Below, one piece after another: positions 17,087-24,837 of a stretch of DNA of 25,833 bases; position 1 is the stretch's first letter; each line of letters opens with the position of its first letter. The position numbers and the translations under genes were made by a program. This stretch comes from a virus (Duplodnaviria > Heunggongvirae > Uroviricota > Caudoviricetes). Below the pieces are notes generated by a model, which ran no database searches, was not told where the DNA came from, and was given only the letters and a program-made list of their open reading frames with translations. The DNA lies in IMG/VR virus record IMGVR_UViG_2563366846_000009. One strand, 5' to 3'.

Positions 17087-19841
17087 TTCCACTGGTCAGG
17101 CCACCCCGCAGCAGGTCTGCTTTGCGGCGGGCGCGTTCAGTGGTTTCACTGATTCTCTGTGTGTGCTCTGCGTCGCGGATGGCGCGCAGCATGTCAGAAA
17201 GCACGGTAACGGGGGTTTTCATGGTGTTCTGGCCCTGCTGAAGTGTGGATGCCAGGCGTGCGGCGGCTTCAGGGGCTGATGCCCCCAGCTGTTCCAGATA
17301 GCTGGCGACCGGGTTATGGCGGATCTCCGTGCTGCTTACGCCGTGATTGCGGCTCAGGCGCTGCCAGAGCTGCGTGATTCGGCTGTCCTGGCGGGTATCC
17401 GGTTTGCGTACAATTTCAAATCCCTGCGGTGCAATGATGCTGCCGTCAACGTACAGACTGCCGCCCCGTAACAGGTGCTGCATCTGCTGTTCACCGATAT
17501 GCAGGCCGAGAGATTCAGCAGACTCCCGCCATTCTTTAGCGAGTAATTCGTGGTTATCAGGCAAAGTCCGCTGCTGTTTGCGGCTCTGTGTCCAGCTCTG
17601 CATTTCATCACTGCTGTTTTTTGCCTGTTTGTCACGAAGCGAACGCATCAGCGTCCGGCGTTCGTGCCGTTTCAGTGAGCGCATCCATTCGTTCACTTCA
17701 ACGCCGTCAGGGAGCTGCGGCCACGGTGCTGACCGTTCTTCCGGCTGTTCTGTCCCGTTGTTGTCCGTTTCCTGTACACGAGGACAGTTATTGCCACGAG
17801 TCCAAGGGGCGGCAGGGCCGCCCTGAAGGTCAAAACCATTTTCGCGGGCGCTGTCTTCCGCTTCCGGTTTACGTCTTACCAGCTTCCAGTTATCCGGATG
17901 CGTGCACACACGGGAGGATTCCCCGATGAGTGGTGACCAGATCCCGTAAATCTGTACGCTCTGTTCGCCGTAATCGTTCAGCTCATCTGCGAGGTCGTAG
18001 GCGGTGCGAATCAGGTAGTCTTTACGTGGAACAAGTACGCCACCCTGTTTTTCAATGTAGGTGGCAAAACACCCGGCATCAGCGGCAGCAAGAACCGCAT
18101 CCATTGCGTCATCCTTCAGCCGTTGCGGGCCTTCCGGGTTGCGTGCCATCTGGCTGGCAAGGCGGCGCAGTTCACGCCACACCTGACGGGAGGGGATGCC
18201 AAAGAACTGGAACTGGCGGACCCGGTGAAGGCGCGCCCAGCCGATGGCGCGCTCCACGCTCTCGGCCATTGATTTTCCGGTTTCGTGGTCAACGCGTGGT
18301 TTGCCCGTTTTCGGGTCGATGCCATCCACGGCGCGGCTGTCCAGGTTCTTTCCGATGTAGGTGGCGATGTAGCTGGTTGGCGTGCCTTTTGAGCCGTCGA
18401 CATACTCCGCCTTAAAGCGCGGAGTTATGTCATTGCCCAGCTCGTGGCGGTCTTCGCGAATGGCAATATCACGGGTGATGTCCACGATGCTGTCGATTTC
18501 TTCAGGATGTGCAAAGACCATCATGTGCCAGTGCACCGTGCCTTCATGATGAGGCTCCGCCGTGCGGATGCCATACCAGCGCAGGCCGTCGCGGTTCAGT
18601 TTTTTGCGGACCGCCGCAAAAAACGTGTTAACCAGGTAATCGCTGGAGTCGCGCATGGTGGCCCCGTTCCATTTGGGGTTCGGATGACCGTTCTCCGTTG
18701 TTGCGTGGTATTTTGACGGGCAGGTGACAGTCAGAAACACCGCTTTGTCACCACGGGCTTCGGCCAGAAGTTCCAGCCCCTTCATGGTGGCCATCATTTC
18801 TGCCTTACGGTGAACCGGGTTACTTACTCCCGCGTAATACACTGTCTCGAGATCAATCGTGAACCCGTCTTCATTTTCCAGCATGAAACTTTTCAGGAAA
18901 TCGCGTGTTTTCTCGCGCTGTGCGCGAAACTCGCTTAACGCGTCCTGGCTCAGATAGGGTGATGTTTTTCTGGAAACCAGACAGGCGGCGCGGAGTTGTT
19001 CTTCCCGCCACTCACAACGTAACAGCCACAGTTTTCGTTTCCACCATTCCGCACAGGTCAGGCGAAGGATTGCGCCCGGCAGCAGCTCCGTGTCCGGTTC
19101 GTTCCTCTGGTCTTTGTCTGTTGTCAGTGCGTCATAATGTGGAGGCATGGCGTGCAGGTGTAACGCCATGCGGGCCAGCATCTGATACGCCTTCAGGGTT
19201 ACATCCATGGTCAGCTCGCCATCGGTCGCGCCAAAGCCATCGCAGAGTTTTTCGAAGGTGCTGCTGAACATCGCCGCCGTCATGGTGGCCAGCGTCTGTA
19301 TCTGGTGCTTGTTGAGCTGCGGCAGGTAAAGCAAATCGTCCAGGCGTTCGCGTCCGGCAAGGGAGCGATAACCCGGTGTCAGCCAGCGGCTGTCGGTGCG
19401 GTCCAGACGTTCGAATATTTTGCGCAGGGTTCCGCGTGCATAGCGTTCCGCCTGCCAGCTCTTTTTGCCTTTCCGGCGATCGGCTTCCTGTTTTTTGCGC
19501 AGGAAGGAGAGGTGGCGAATAAGCGGATCGCGCAGATAGGACGGCAGCAGGCGCAGCGAGGCCATGGCTTCATCCACCGCACCGCGTGCCTGTTTTCTGG
19601 CGTCTCCTGCCAGTGTGATGGTTTTGTCCTGTTTTTCCTGTGCGTCCAGGCTTTTATTAATCAGGTTGCCCAGCGGCGTGGCGGAGAACGCCGCATCAGC
19701 CATTTCCTGGCGGCGCTCGTTCTCTGCCCGGTAGGCATCCAGCCAGGAGGAAAGCGCGGATTCAGGAGCGGGGATCCCCGTTCCTTCACGCCCGACTGCG
19801 TGGCGCGGTTGTTGCCAGTCCCTGATGTACTCTGCCGTCAT
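17019..19841 (-). CDS. A: Replication initiator A (rolling-circle, HUH-type)
   Basis: 940-aa ORF containing EPHHEGTVHWHMMVF and YIATYIGKN, matching conserved P2 gpA motifs. True start may be internal; the ORF is longer than P2 gpA. Confidence 0.85.
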   Translation of the reverse strand: MTAEYIRDWQQPRHAVGREGTGIPAPESALSSWLDAYRAENERRQEMADAAFSATPLGNLINKSLDAQEKQDKTITLAGDARKQARGAVDEAMASLRLLPSYLRDPLIRHLSFLRKKQEADRRKGKKSWQAERYARGTLRKIFERLDRTDSRWLTPGYRSLAGRERLDDLLYLPQLNKHQIQTLATMTAAMFSSTFEKLCDGFGATDGELTMDVTLKAYQMLARMALHLHAMPPHYDALTTDKDQRNEPDTELLPGAILRLTCAEWWKRKLWLLRCEWREEQLRAACLVSRKTSPYLSQDALSEFRAQREKTRDFLKSFMLENEDGFTIDLETVYYAGVSNPVHRKAEMMATMKGLELLAEARGDKAVFLTVTCPSKYHATTENGHPNPKWNGATMRDSSDYLVNTFFAAVRKKLNRDGLRWYGIRTAEPHHEGTVHWHMMVFAHPEEIDSIVDITRDIAIREDRHELGNDITPRFKAEYVDGSKGTPTSYIATYIGKNLDSRAVDGIDPKTGKPRVDHETGKSMAESVERAIGWARLHRVRQFQFFGIPSRQVWRELRRLASQMARNPEGPQRLKDDAMDAVLAAADAGCFATYIEKQGGVLVPRKDYLIRTAYDLADELNDYGEQSVQIYGIWSPLIGESSRVCTHPDNWKLVRRKPEAEDSARENGFDLQGGPAAPWTRGNNCPRVQETDNNGTEQPEERSAPWPQLPDGVEVNEWMRSLKRHERRTLMRSLRDKQAKNSSDEMQSWTQSRKQQRTLPDNHELLAKEWRESAESLGLHIGEQQMQHLLRGGSLYVDGSIIAPQGFEIVRKPDTRQDSRITQLWQRLSRNHGVSSTEIRHNPVASYLEQLGASAPEAAARLASTLQQGQNTMKTPVTVLSDMLRAIRDAEHTQRISETTERARRKADLLRGGLTSGNKKQTKTGFTNPVNEQKTCRDI

Positions 19842-19847
19842 AGTGAT

Positions 19848-20213
19848 TTACTTCGTCATGCCATTCAGGGTGTCGCGGCAGACTGTAGCCAGCCGCTGAA
19901 TTTCCAGCACGATGTCTTCTGTGTCGGCATGGCGATGTGTGATGCGGATGCTGTCGGCAATCACATCGACGATTGCAGAGGATGGGCGCTGGTAAATGCC
20001 AATAACGGACGGGGTACCACCTTCAATGCGGTAAAGCCTGTAATTTCCCTCGTGGCTGTCAATCATGTAGCGACCATCAATAACAATCTTTCCGTCAGCG
20101 AGCTGCGGTACAGGCAGGGATTTCAGGTACATGTCATAACGATCACGCACGCGAGCGGCAAGATCACGTTCTGTGTTGAGCAGGTATTCAAGAAAGTCGT
20201 TGGCGAGAATCAT
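19848..20213 (-). CDS. Hypothetical 121-aa early-operon protein directly upstream of A
   Basis: ORF ending 4 nt before the A start. No recognisable motif. Confidence 0.5.
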   Translation of the reverse strand: MILANDFLEYLLNTERDLAARVRDRYDMYLKSLPVPQLADGKIVIDGRYMIDSHEGNYRLYRIEGGTPSVIGIYQRPSSAIVDVIADSIRITHRHADTEDIVLEIQRLATVCRDTLNGMTK

Positions 20214-20285
20214 TGCGGCAATCCTCTTGTTACAGATGTGCGAAGGCCTCCCGCCGCAAGGTGCAGGAAAGGCCCGGAACAGGAA

Positions 20286-20516
20286 TTAATGGAGTTTGTT
20301 TTGCTGCTGGATGAGATCCTGAAGAGACAGGAGGTCTTCCGCCAGATAGCTGAATACAGCGGCGCAGTAGTCGGCTGAAATAGTGCTGTTGAGTCTGTGC
20401 AATGTGTTGGATTGCATGATAAAGGCGATGTGTGCAGCGCGGGTGAGTCTGCGATCGATTTCAGTCTGGATGTGACGACGTGCAGCGTATGCGCGCTGTT
20501 GTTTGCGGTTTGCCAT
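20286..20516 (-). CDS. Hypothetical 76-aa basic protein
   Basis: ORF with GAGG upstream of the ATG at 20516. Arg/Lys-rich N-terminus. Confidence 0.45.
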   Translation of the reverse strand: MANRKQQRAYAARRHIQTEIDRRLTRAAHIAFIMQSNTLHRLNSTISADYCAAVFSYLAEDLLSLQDLIQQQNKLH

Positions 20517-20692
20517 GGTGTGGCCTCGTACGTAGTGAGTTGTGATAACCCACCGCCGCGAGTTGAGAATCTCGGGGTGGCAGGACGTATGGGGTTCTCA
20601 ACACCGGCTACGCACGAATCCGGCCCGACTGAAGTCGGCCCCATACGCCCCGCCATAATTCTGATGCGAAAAAGACGTGGCGATACGGTACG

Positions 20693-20722
20693 CACAAAAA
20701 AACCGCTGGCGCGGTTGTGCGC
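20693..20722 (-). terminator. Candidate minus-strand intrinsic terminator inside a non-coding region
   Basis: Minus strand reads aaccgc gcca gcggtt followed by tttttttg. Stem is only 6 bp. Confidence 0.35.
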
Positions 20723-20959
20723 GTGCATAGTCAGCAGGTTGAGAATCCCGGCACCCGTTTTATGAGGTGCAGCGGAAATGTAACCTGACTGATTGCGGCA
20801 TGGCAAGCGGTTTTTTTGTGTGTGCATATACAGTTTTACTCCGTTTGATCCGGTTTTTTTTGCCTTCAACCGGAAAAGAAGGGTGTGTTACGCTTGAAGC
20901 ACCCGCTGTTCCGTCAAAAACAAGGCGGGTGCTTTGTTCAACACACGTAAGGAAAATAA

Positions 20960-21046
20960 ATGTCTGATAGCGATAAATTTCATGTACCACGACAACCCGC
21001 ACCCGCTCCGGAAAAGGGGCAGGGTTGGGATGATGAGGAGGACTAG
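20960..21046 (+). CDS. Small 28-aa acidic ORF upstream of the plus-strand membrane-protein gene
   Basis: ATG preceded by taaggaaaataa; translation MSDSDKFHVPRQPAPAPEKGQGWDDEED; stop 6 nt before the next ATG. Too short to tell whether it is coding. Confidence 0.3.
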   Translation: MSDSDKFHVPRQPAPAPEKGQGWDDEED

Positions 21047-21052
21047 ATAGCA

Positions 21053-21538
21053 ATGGGTAATCAGCCATCTGAAAATAATGCTGTGTGGCGACACAAGGTG
21101 ATGTATCGCCTCTGGAATAGTTACTGGCTTGAACATATTGTGGAGGTGTTTAATCGCCGCATGGATACGGTTATCAACGCTGTTATTCTTACGTTGGGAG
21201 CCACGGTGTTTGCTGACAGTAATTTCAGTTGGCTGCTGGGCGGTATAGTGGCTGTACTTAGCGGCTGCAATATCGCCTGGAAATTTGGTCAGCGTGCGGA
21301 GGCGGCGAAAGCACAAGCCCATCGTTACAGTGTGCTGATTTCCGAAAGCGGCAATCTCAGCACGGAAGATGTGCTTAACAGGCTTCTGGAAACAGAGAAG
21401 CAGGACTCCCCAGTGATTGAAGGCATGGATACAGTCGCACGAAACAAGGCGAGTGCATCTATGGGGCTTAAACATCGCGACCAACTTTCCCTCCCTCAAA
21501 AAATCATTGCGTTACTGACTGTCGGTAATCCCGATTAA
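21053..21538 (+). CDS. 161-aa two-transmembrane protein encoded against the early operon (candidate exclusion or abortive-infection effector)
   Basis: RBS gaggagga upstream. Two predicted TM helices (VINAVILTLGATVF and WLLGGIVAVLSGCNIAW) between an aromatic-rich N-terminal helix and a charged C-terminal region. SLATT-like architecture is a guess. Confidence 0.65.
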   Translation: MGNQPSENNAVWRHKVMYRLWNSYWLEHIVEVFNRRMDTVINAVILTLGATVFADSNFSWLLGGIVAVLSGCNIAWKFGQRAEAAKAQAHRYSVLISESGNLSTEDVLNRLLETEKQDSPVIEGMDTVARNKASASMGLKHRDQLSLPQKIIALLTVGNPD

Positions 21539-21577
21539 GTGCAAACGCTTAACTTTTCATTTCTTAAAGCGCGGCTT

Positions 21578-21892
21578 TCAGTCGTGCTTTTCTGTTGCAC
21601 CAAGAAAAAAATCAAAAACGTTATCGATGCGTTGCAGCAGCTCTTGCTGCATTGCTTCCGGCGTTTCTGGTTCACCTGGCGACCCCAGCGTTGCGCAGAA
21701 ATCAGCGATTTCATGATGGAGCATCAGGCGAATGGCAGGAGCCGTGGTTCTGGCGTGCTCCAGCTCATCCAGCAGTGCCAGCACAGCAGACGGCGAGAGC
21801 ATTGCGCGAAATGCCAGTAATTTTTGAGGCGTTGCCATTCGTTGCAGGTCAAATGCCAGTTCGCGTAGCTTCTGGTGGTTGATGGTGCTCAT
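21578..21892 (-). CDS. Hypothetical 104-aa early protein
   Basis: ORF convergent with the plus-strand insert, overlapping the upstream gene by 4 nt. Confidence 0.5.
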   Translation of the reverse strand: MSTINHQKLRELAFDLQRMATPQKLLAFRAMLSPSAVLALLDELEHARTTAPAIRLMLHHEIADFCATLGSPGEPETPEAMQQELLQRIDNVFDFFLGATEKHD

Positions 21893-22155
21893 GTTCTGGC
21901 TTCCTTCAGTAGCTGGTTAAACATGTGAGTAAGTGGATTGCTACACCCGAACGGCATCGGGTTTACGTGGTAAGAAGCCTGGCCTCCAGTTTTGCGAGCG
22001 CGACCACCTGTGCTGCGGTTTGTTCTGATGACTAAGCCGCCGCGCCAAAGTCGGCGTAACTCAGCATTAATAGCTGTGGTTGGGGTGTTCAGTGCTGTGG
22101 CGATTTCTCCGCCGCTACAACCCGGATGTGTAGTGATGTAGTCCAGAATGGTCAT
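21889..22155 (-). CDS. Hypothetical 88-aa early protein, possibly DNA-binding
   Basis: Coupled ORF; Gly/Arg/Thr-rich basic stretch (RTNRSTGGRARKTGGQ). Any fold assignment is a guess. Confidence 0.45.
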   Translation of the reverse strand: MTILDYITTHPGCSGGEIATALNTPTTAINAELRRLWRGGLVIRTNRSTGGRARKTGGQASYHVNPMPFGCSNPLTHMFNQLLKEART

Positions 22156-22355
22156 CTGCGTGACTCCTGTACCTGTCGGATAAGGTTCACCCGCACCACA
22201 TTCGTGGCGCAGAAGTAAGTGCCGTCAGTGAGATAGATGTGATGTGCATCCTGTTCTGAACGGTGTTTGTCGATTGTGGTAATCAGGCGTTCGTCGACTT
22301 CGTATTCACGGCCTCTGGAGGTGAAACGAACGACGGTAAATTGCTTAATTGCCAT
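22152..22355 (-). CDS. Hypothetical 67-aa early protein
   Basis: Coupled ORF (4-nt overlap). Confidence 0.45.
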   Translation of the reverse strand: MAIKQFTVVRFTSRGREYEVDERLITTIDKHRSEQDAHHIYLTDGTYFCATNVVRVNLIRQVQESRR

Positions 22356-22378
22356 TACGCCCCCTTTGTCCAGTAACC

Positions 22379-22795
22379 CTATGCGTTAAATACGGCACGT
22401 TGCGCGTCATCAATGAATACAGCTTGAGAGCGTTCTATCAGGCGGAGATTTGTCAGAAGCTCTGACTCTTTTGTGTGGTAAGGCGTTATCAGGTATTTGC
22501 CGTGCAGTTCGGCAATAATGGTGTATTGCAGCATCATTGCTGAACCAAGAATATAAATGCAGCGTCCAATGCTGGACGGATTCATGGCTGCAACTGTTGA
22601 CTGTGTTTTAAGAGTGTCGATTTCTTTGCCCTGTTCCTCAATAATTTTGGCTGCGTCAGCGGTGATTTTTGCGATGGTCAGTGCGTGAAGTGCTGCCATA
22701 TGTTGGCTACACTTCACGGCATCTTTAGCCATTTCAGCTTCCGCTTCTGATATTTTTTTTAATGTGTCGATAATGCCTTCTTCTTTTGCGTTCAT
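22379..22795 (-). CDS. Hypothetical 138-aa protein, low-GC gene in the early operon
   Basis: Clearly AT-richer than neighbours and preceded by a very AT-rich spacer (22796..22887). No recognisable motif. Confidence 0.55.
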   Translation of the reverse strand: MNAKEEGIIDTLKKISEAEAEMAKDAVKCSQHMAALHALTIAKITADAAKIIEEQGKEIDTLKTQSTVAAMNPSSIGRCIYILGSAMMLQYTIIAELHGKYLITPYHTKESELLTNLRLIERSQAVFIDDAQRAVFNA

Positions 22796-22887
22796 TTTAT
22801 ATCTCCATTATTTACGTGTGCGAATACCTCCGTTAATACGGATGGTTTTCACGTTTTCTTATTTAATTTGATGTTTTATTTGTATCG

Positions 22888-23001
22888 TTATTCATCAGAG
22901 AAAAAACGCTCGATCTTTTTCACTGAATTAATAATTCGCATAATCCCAATGGCGCAGACCACCGAAATAATCAGAACAAGCCATGAGATAAATATACTCA
23001 T
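22888..23001 (-). CDS. 37-aa single-helix membrane peptide, not in the ORF track
   Basis: ATG overlaps the stop of the 80-aa gene (ATGA). Translation MSIFISWLVLIISVVCAIGIMRIINSVKKIERFFSDE. Confidence 0.35.
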   Translation of the reverse strand: MSIFISWLVLIISVVCAIGIMRIINSVKKIERFFSDE

Positions 23002-23240
23002 GCGATATTCCCCAGCTTATACGGTTCAATATGTTCCCCGCATTCTGCGGCACAGATCAGCTCGGAAAGTTCGTTAAGTGCATCCAGATCATCAGCGTAA
23101 AAAGCCACGTCATACAGACTCCGGATTGCCCTGGTCAATGAGTCACGGGCTGCACGTTCAGCATGAGCGCCTGATGCACTTAAGCGAAAATAAAAACGCT
23201 CAAGTGCTTTGTTAATGAGAGTTTTATATTCTTTGCCCAT
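22998..23240 (-). CDS. Hypothetical 80-aa early protein
   Basis: ORF in the early operon. No recognisable motif. Confidence 0.5.
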   Translation of the reverse strand: MGKEYKTLINKALERFYFRLSASGAHAERAARDSLTRAIRSLYDVAFYADDLDALNELSELICAAECGEHIEPYKLGNIA

Positions 23241-23251
23241 CGCAACGCCCT

Positions 23252-23539
23252 TTAATCTGCTTTCTGGATTTCAGCTTCTGAATCCATACAAATAATTTCG
23301 ATATAGGGTTCATCGCCATTAACCTGACGTGCCTTTTCAGCTTCACTGATGATTTCTCGTACGGTCTGGTACGGAAGTTCCACAAGCAGTCGCGTGCCGT
23401 TCAGATAAATGTAAGTGGCTTCTTCGGCTCCGTTTTTACCTGCCGGAGCCACTCCATCAATAGCGGATGCGCGTAACAACAACTCACCGCGAAAATCAAT
23501 AAAACGGATAAATACACCTTGTGCATGGTCTTTAGTCAT
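23252..23539 (-). CDS. Hypothetical 95-aa early protein
   Basis: Internal ATG at 23539 with AGGTG upstream chosen over the TTG start at 23599, which overlaps the upstream gene. Confidence 0.5.
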   Translation of the reverse strand: MTKDHAQGVFIRFIDFRGELLLRASAIDGVAPAGKNGAEEATYIYLNGTRLLVELPYQTVREIISEAEKARQVNGDEPYIEIICMDSEAEIQKAD

Positions 23540-23549
23540 AAAGCACCTG

Positions 23550-23900
23550 TTATAAGTCAGCCTGTTTAATAAAGCTTTGCCCGCGAAGCAGACGATCAAC
23601 CGTGCGTAATGCTTCGTACAATGTGAAATCCTGCCCGAACTGATTGTCGCCGCTGCTTAGTGCAAAAATGCGGTTTCCGGTAAACGGATTACGCGGGCAT
23701 TTGTGGACCACGATTCCAGCTTTTTCAATCAGCCAGGCGTGCTCGCCGATTTGTTTTACGGGGTAGCCATCCGGCGTTGCGTGTGTTTCGCTCAGGCTGT
23801 AGCGAGAGTTGCTACGTGATGCACTGGTAGCGAAACGGTTAGCATGGCGTTCCGCCCCGTTGCGGAAGCGCTGCTGTGAAGAATTGCGCCGTTCCTTCAT
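23550..23900 (-). CDS. Hypothetical 116-aa early protein
   Basis: ORF directly downstream of cox. Basic, Ser/Arg-rich N-terminus. Confidence 0.5.
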   Translation of the reverse strand: MKERRNSSQQRFRNGAERHANRFATSASRSNSRYSLSETHATPDGYPVKQIGEHAWLIEKAGIVVHKCPRNPFTGNRIFALSSGDNQFGQDFTLYEALRTVDRLLRGQSFIKQADL

Positions 23901-23937
23901 ATCAAAATACTCCGCCTAAAATGAATTATGGTTTGAG

Positions 23938-24192
23938 TTATGCTGCTTTACCGCTGATGTTTCTGTTTCGTCTGCCACTTGTTGGCTTAAACAAAAACAG
24001 ACGGTTTTCCCAGTCGTGCCATTCCTGAGGTGCGTTTTCGATGAGGCGATCGCATGCTTCATCCCACGCTTTTCTGTTGATGTAGAGTTCAGCGTTTCCG
24101 CCTGGCTTGAGAGGGTCCGCCATATACACCGCAGGTAGCTTTCCTGCTTTTGCCATGCTTACGATGGCATCAACGGTCTTTCCGATATACAT
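23938..24192 (-). CDS. cox: Cox-like excisionase/early regulator; N-terminal extent uncertain
   Basis: Core (E)GFAMYIGKTVDAIVSMAKAGKLPAVYMADP aligns with the P2 Cox HTH region. ATG at 24192 has GAAGGA upstream. The same frame stays open to 24402, and a 73-aa ORF in another frame (24159..24380) lies upstream. Confidence 0.6.
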   Translation of the reverse strand: MYIGKTVDAIVSMAKAGKLPAVYMADPLKPGGNAELYINRKAWDEACDRLIENAPQEWHDWENRLFLFKPTSGRRNRNISGKAA

Positions 24193-24402
24193 CGCAAATC
24201 CTTCTTTTGACAGAAGATGCGAGGGATTTTCTGAAAGTCGAATTTCTTCACGTTCACGTGCTTTGCGTCCTGTTTTTTGATGCTCCCCCTCTGGCATTTC
24301 TGACAGGTGATCGCATCGTGTTCCGCAAAGTGACTCAGGCGCGTTTTGAGTGCTTTCTTGCATCTGATATCCTCCGCCATTGGTGCTCTTTCTAATTGGC
24401 AC

Positions 24403-24477
24403 TAGTTGGAACCACTTAGAACATTTGTTTGCTGTTCATATGTGGTGTTAATCTACACATATGTAGGAGTTTGTCAA
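24403..24477. promoter_or_regulatory. Divergent early/repressor promoter-operator region between cox and C
   Basis: 75-bp gap between divergent genes containing catATGTGgtgttaatctacacATATGTAgg (ATATGT repeats about two helical turns apart, plus a 7-bp inverted repeat). Confidence 0.5.
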
Positions 24478-24771
24478 ATGGACATTCCTCAAAAAATTCG
24501 CGTCATGCGCAAATCTGAAGATCTCACTCAGCGGGAATTCGCTGATATGATTGGAATTTCTTATTCTGCTCTGACCAGTTATGAGTATGGTCGTAACCTT
24601 CCTGGCCTTGAGATCACTATCAAGCTTTTCAAGCATCCGAGATTTTCTAAATACCGCGACTGGTTTCTGTTTGATGAAGTTGAACCCAAGGCCGGGCAGG
24701 TTGTACCGGCTCTCGCACACATTGGGCAAGACGAAGCGGAATCATCCCGCTCCGGCAAGAAGACTGGTTAA
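24478..24771 (+). CDS. C: Immunity repressor C (P2 type)
   Basis: 97-aa protein (IRVMRKSEDLTQREFADMIGISYSALTSYEYGRNLP...ALAHIGQDEAESSRSGKKTG) collinear with P2 C including the identical C-terminal SGxKTG. AGGAG RBS. The track's longer ORF from 24406 would overlap the operator region. Confidence 0.85.
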   Translation: MDIPQKIRVMRKSEDLTQREFADMIGISYSALTSYEYGRNLPGLEITIKLFKHPRFSKYRDWFLFDEVEPKAGQVVPALAHIGQDEAESSRSGKKTG

Positions 24772-24837
24772 CGGTTCACCAGGCATTTATTTCCCAGAGC
24801 TGTGATCAAGATGATGTTTTCATTGGAGGGCTTCCTT

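Noticed and set aside
19305-20378. 357-aa plus-strand ORF
   Set aside because: Antisense to the 5' end of replication gene A and the 121-aa gene; no RBS context and Cys/Arg-rich composition. Treated as spurious.
20517-20700. Possible tRNA or tmRNA-like gene suggested by GC hairpins (ggcccgac tgaa gtcgg)
   Set aside because: No acceptor stem, D-arm or T-arm arrangement could be built by eye. Left as unexplained structure.
20210-20869. 219-aa minus-strand ORF spanning the non-coding early region
   Set aside because: Low-complexity translation that overlaps the better-supported 76-aa gene and crosses the hairpin and motif-rich stretch. More likely non-coding.
24159-24380. 73-aa minus-strand ORF upstream of cox as a separate annotated gene
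   Set aside because: Plausible but cannot be distinguished by eye from an N-terminal extension of Cox in the other frame. Reported as a finding rather than a feature.
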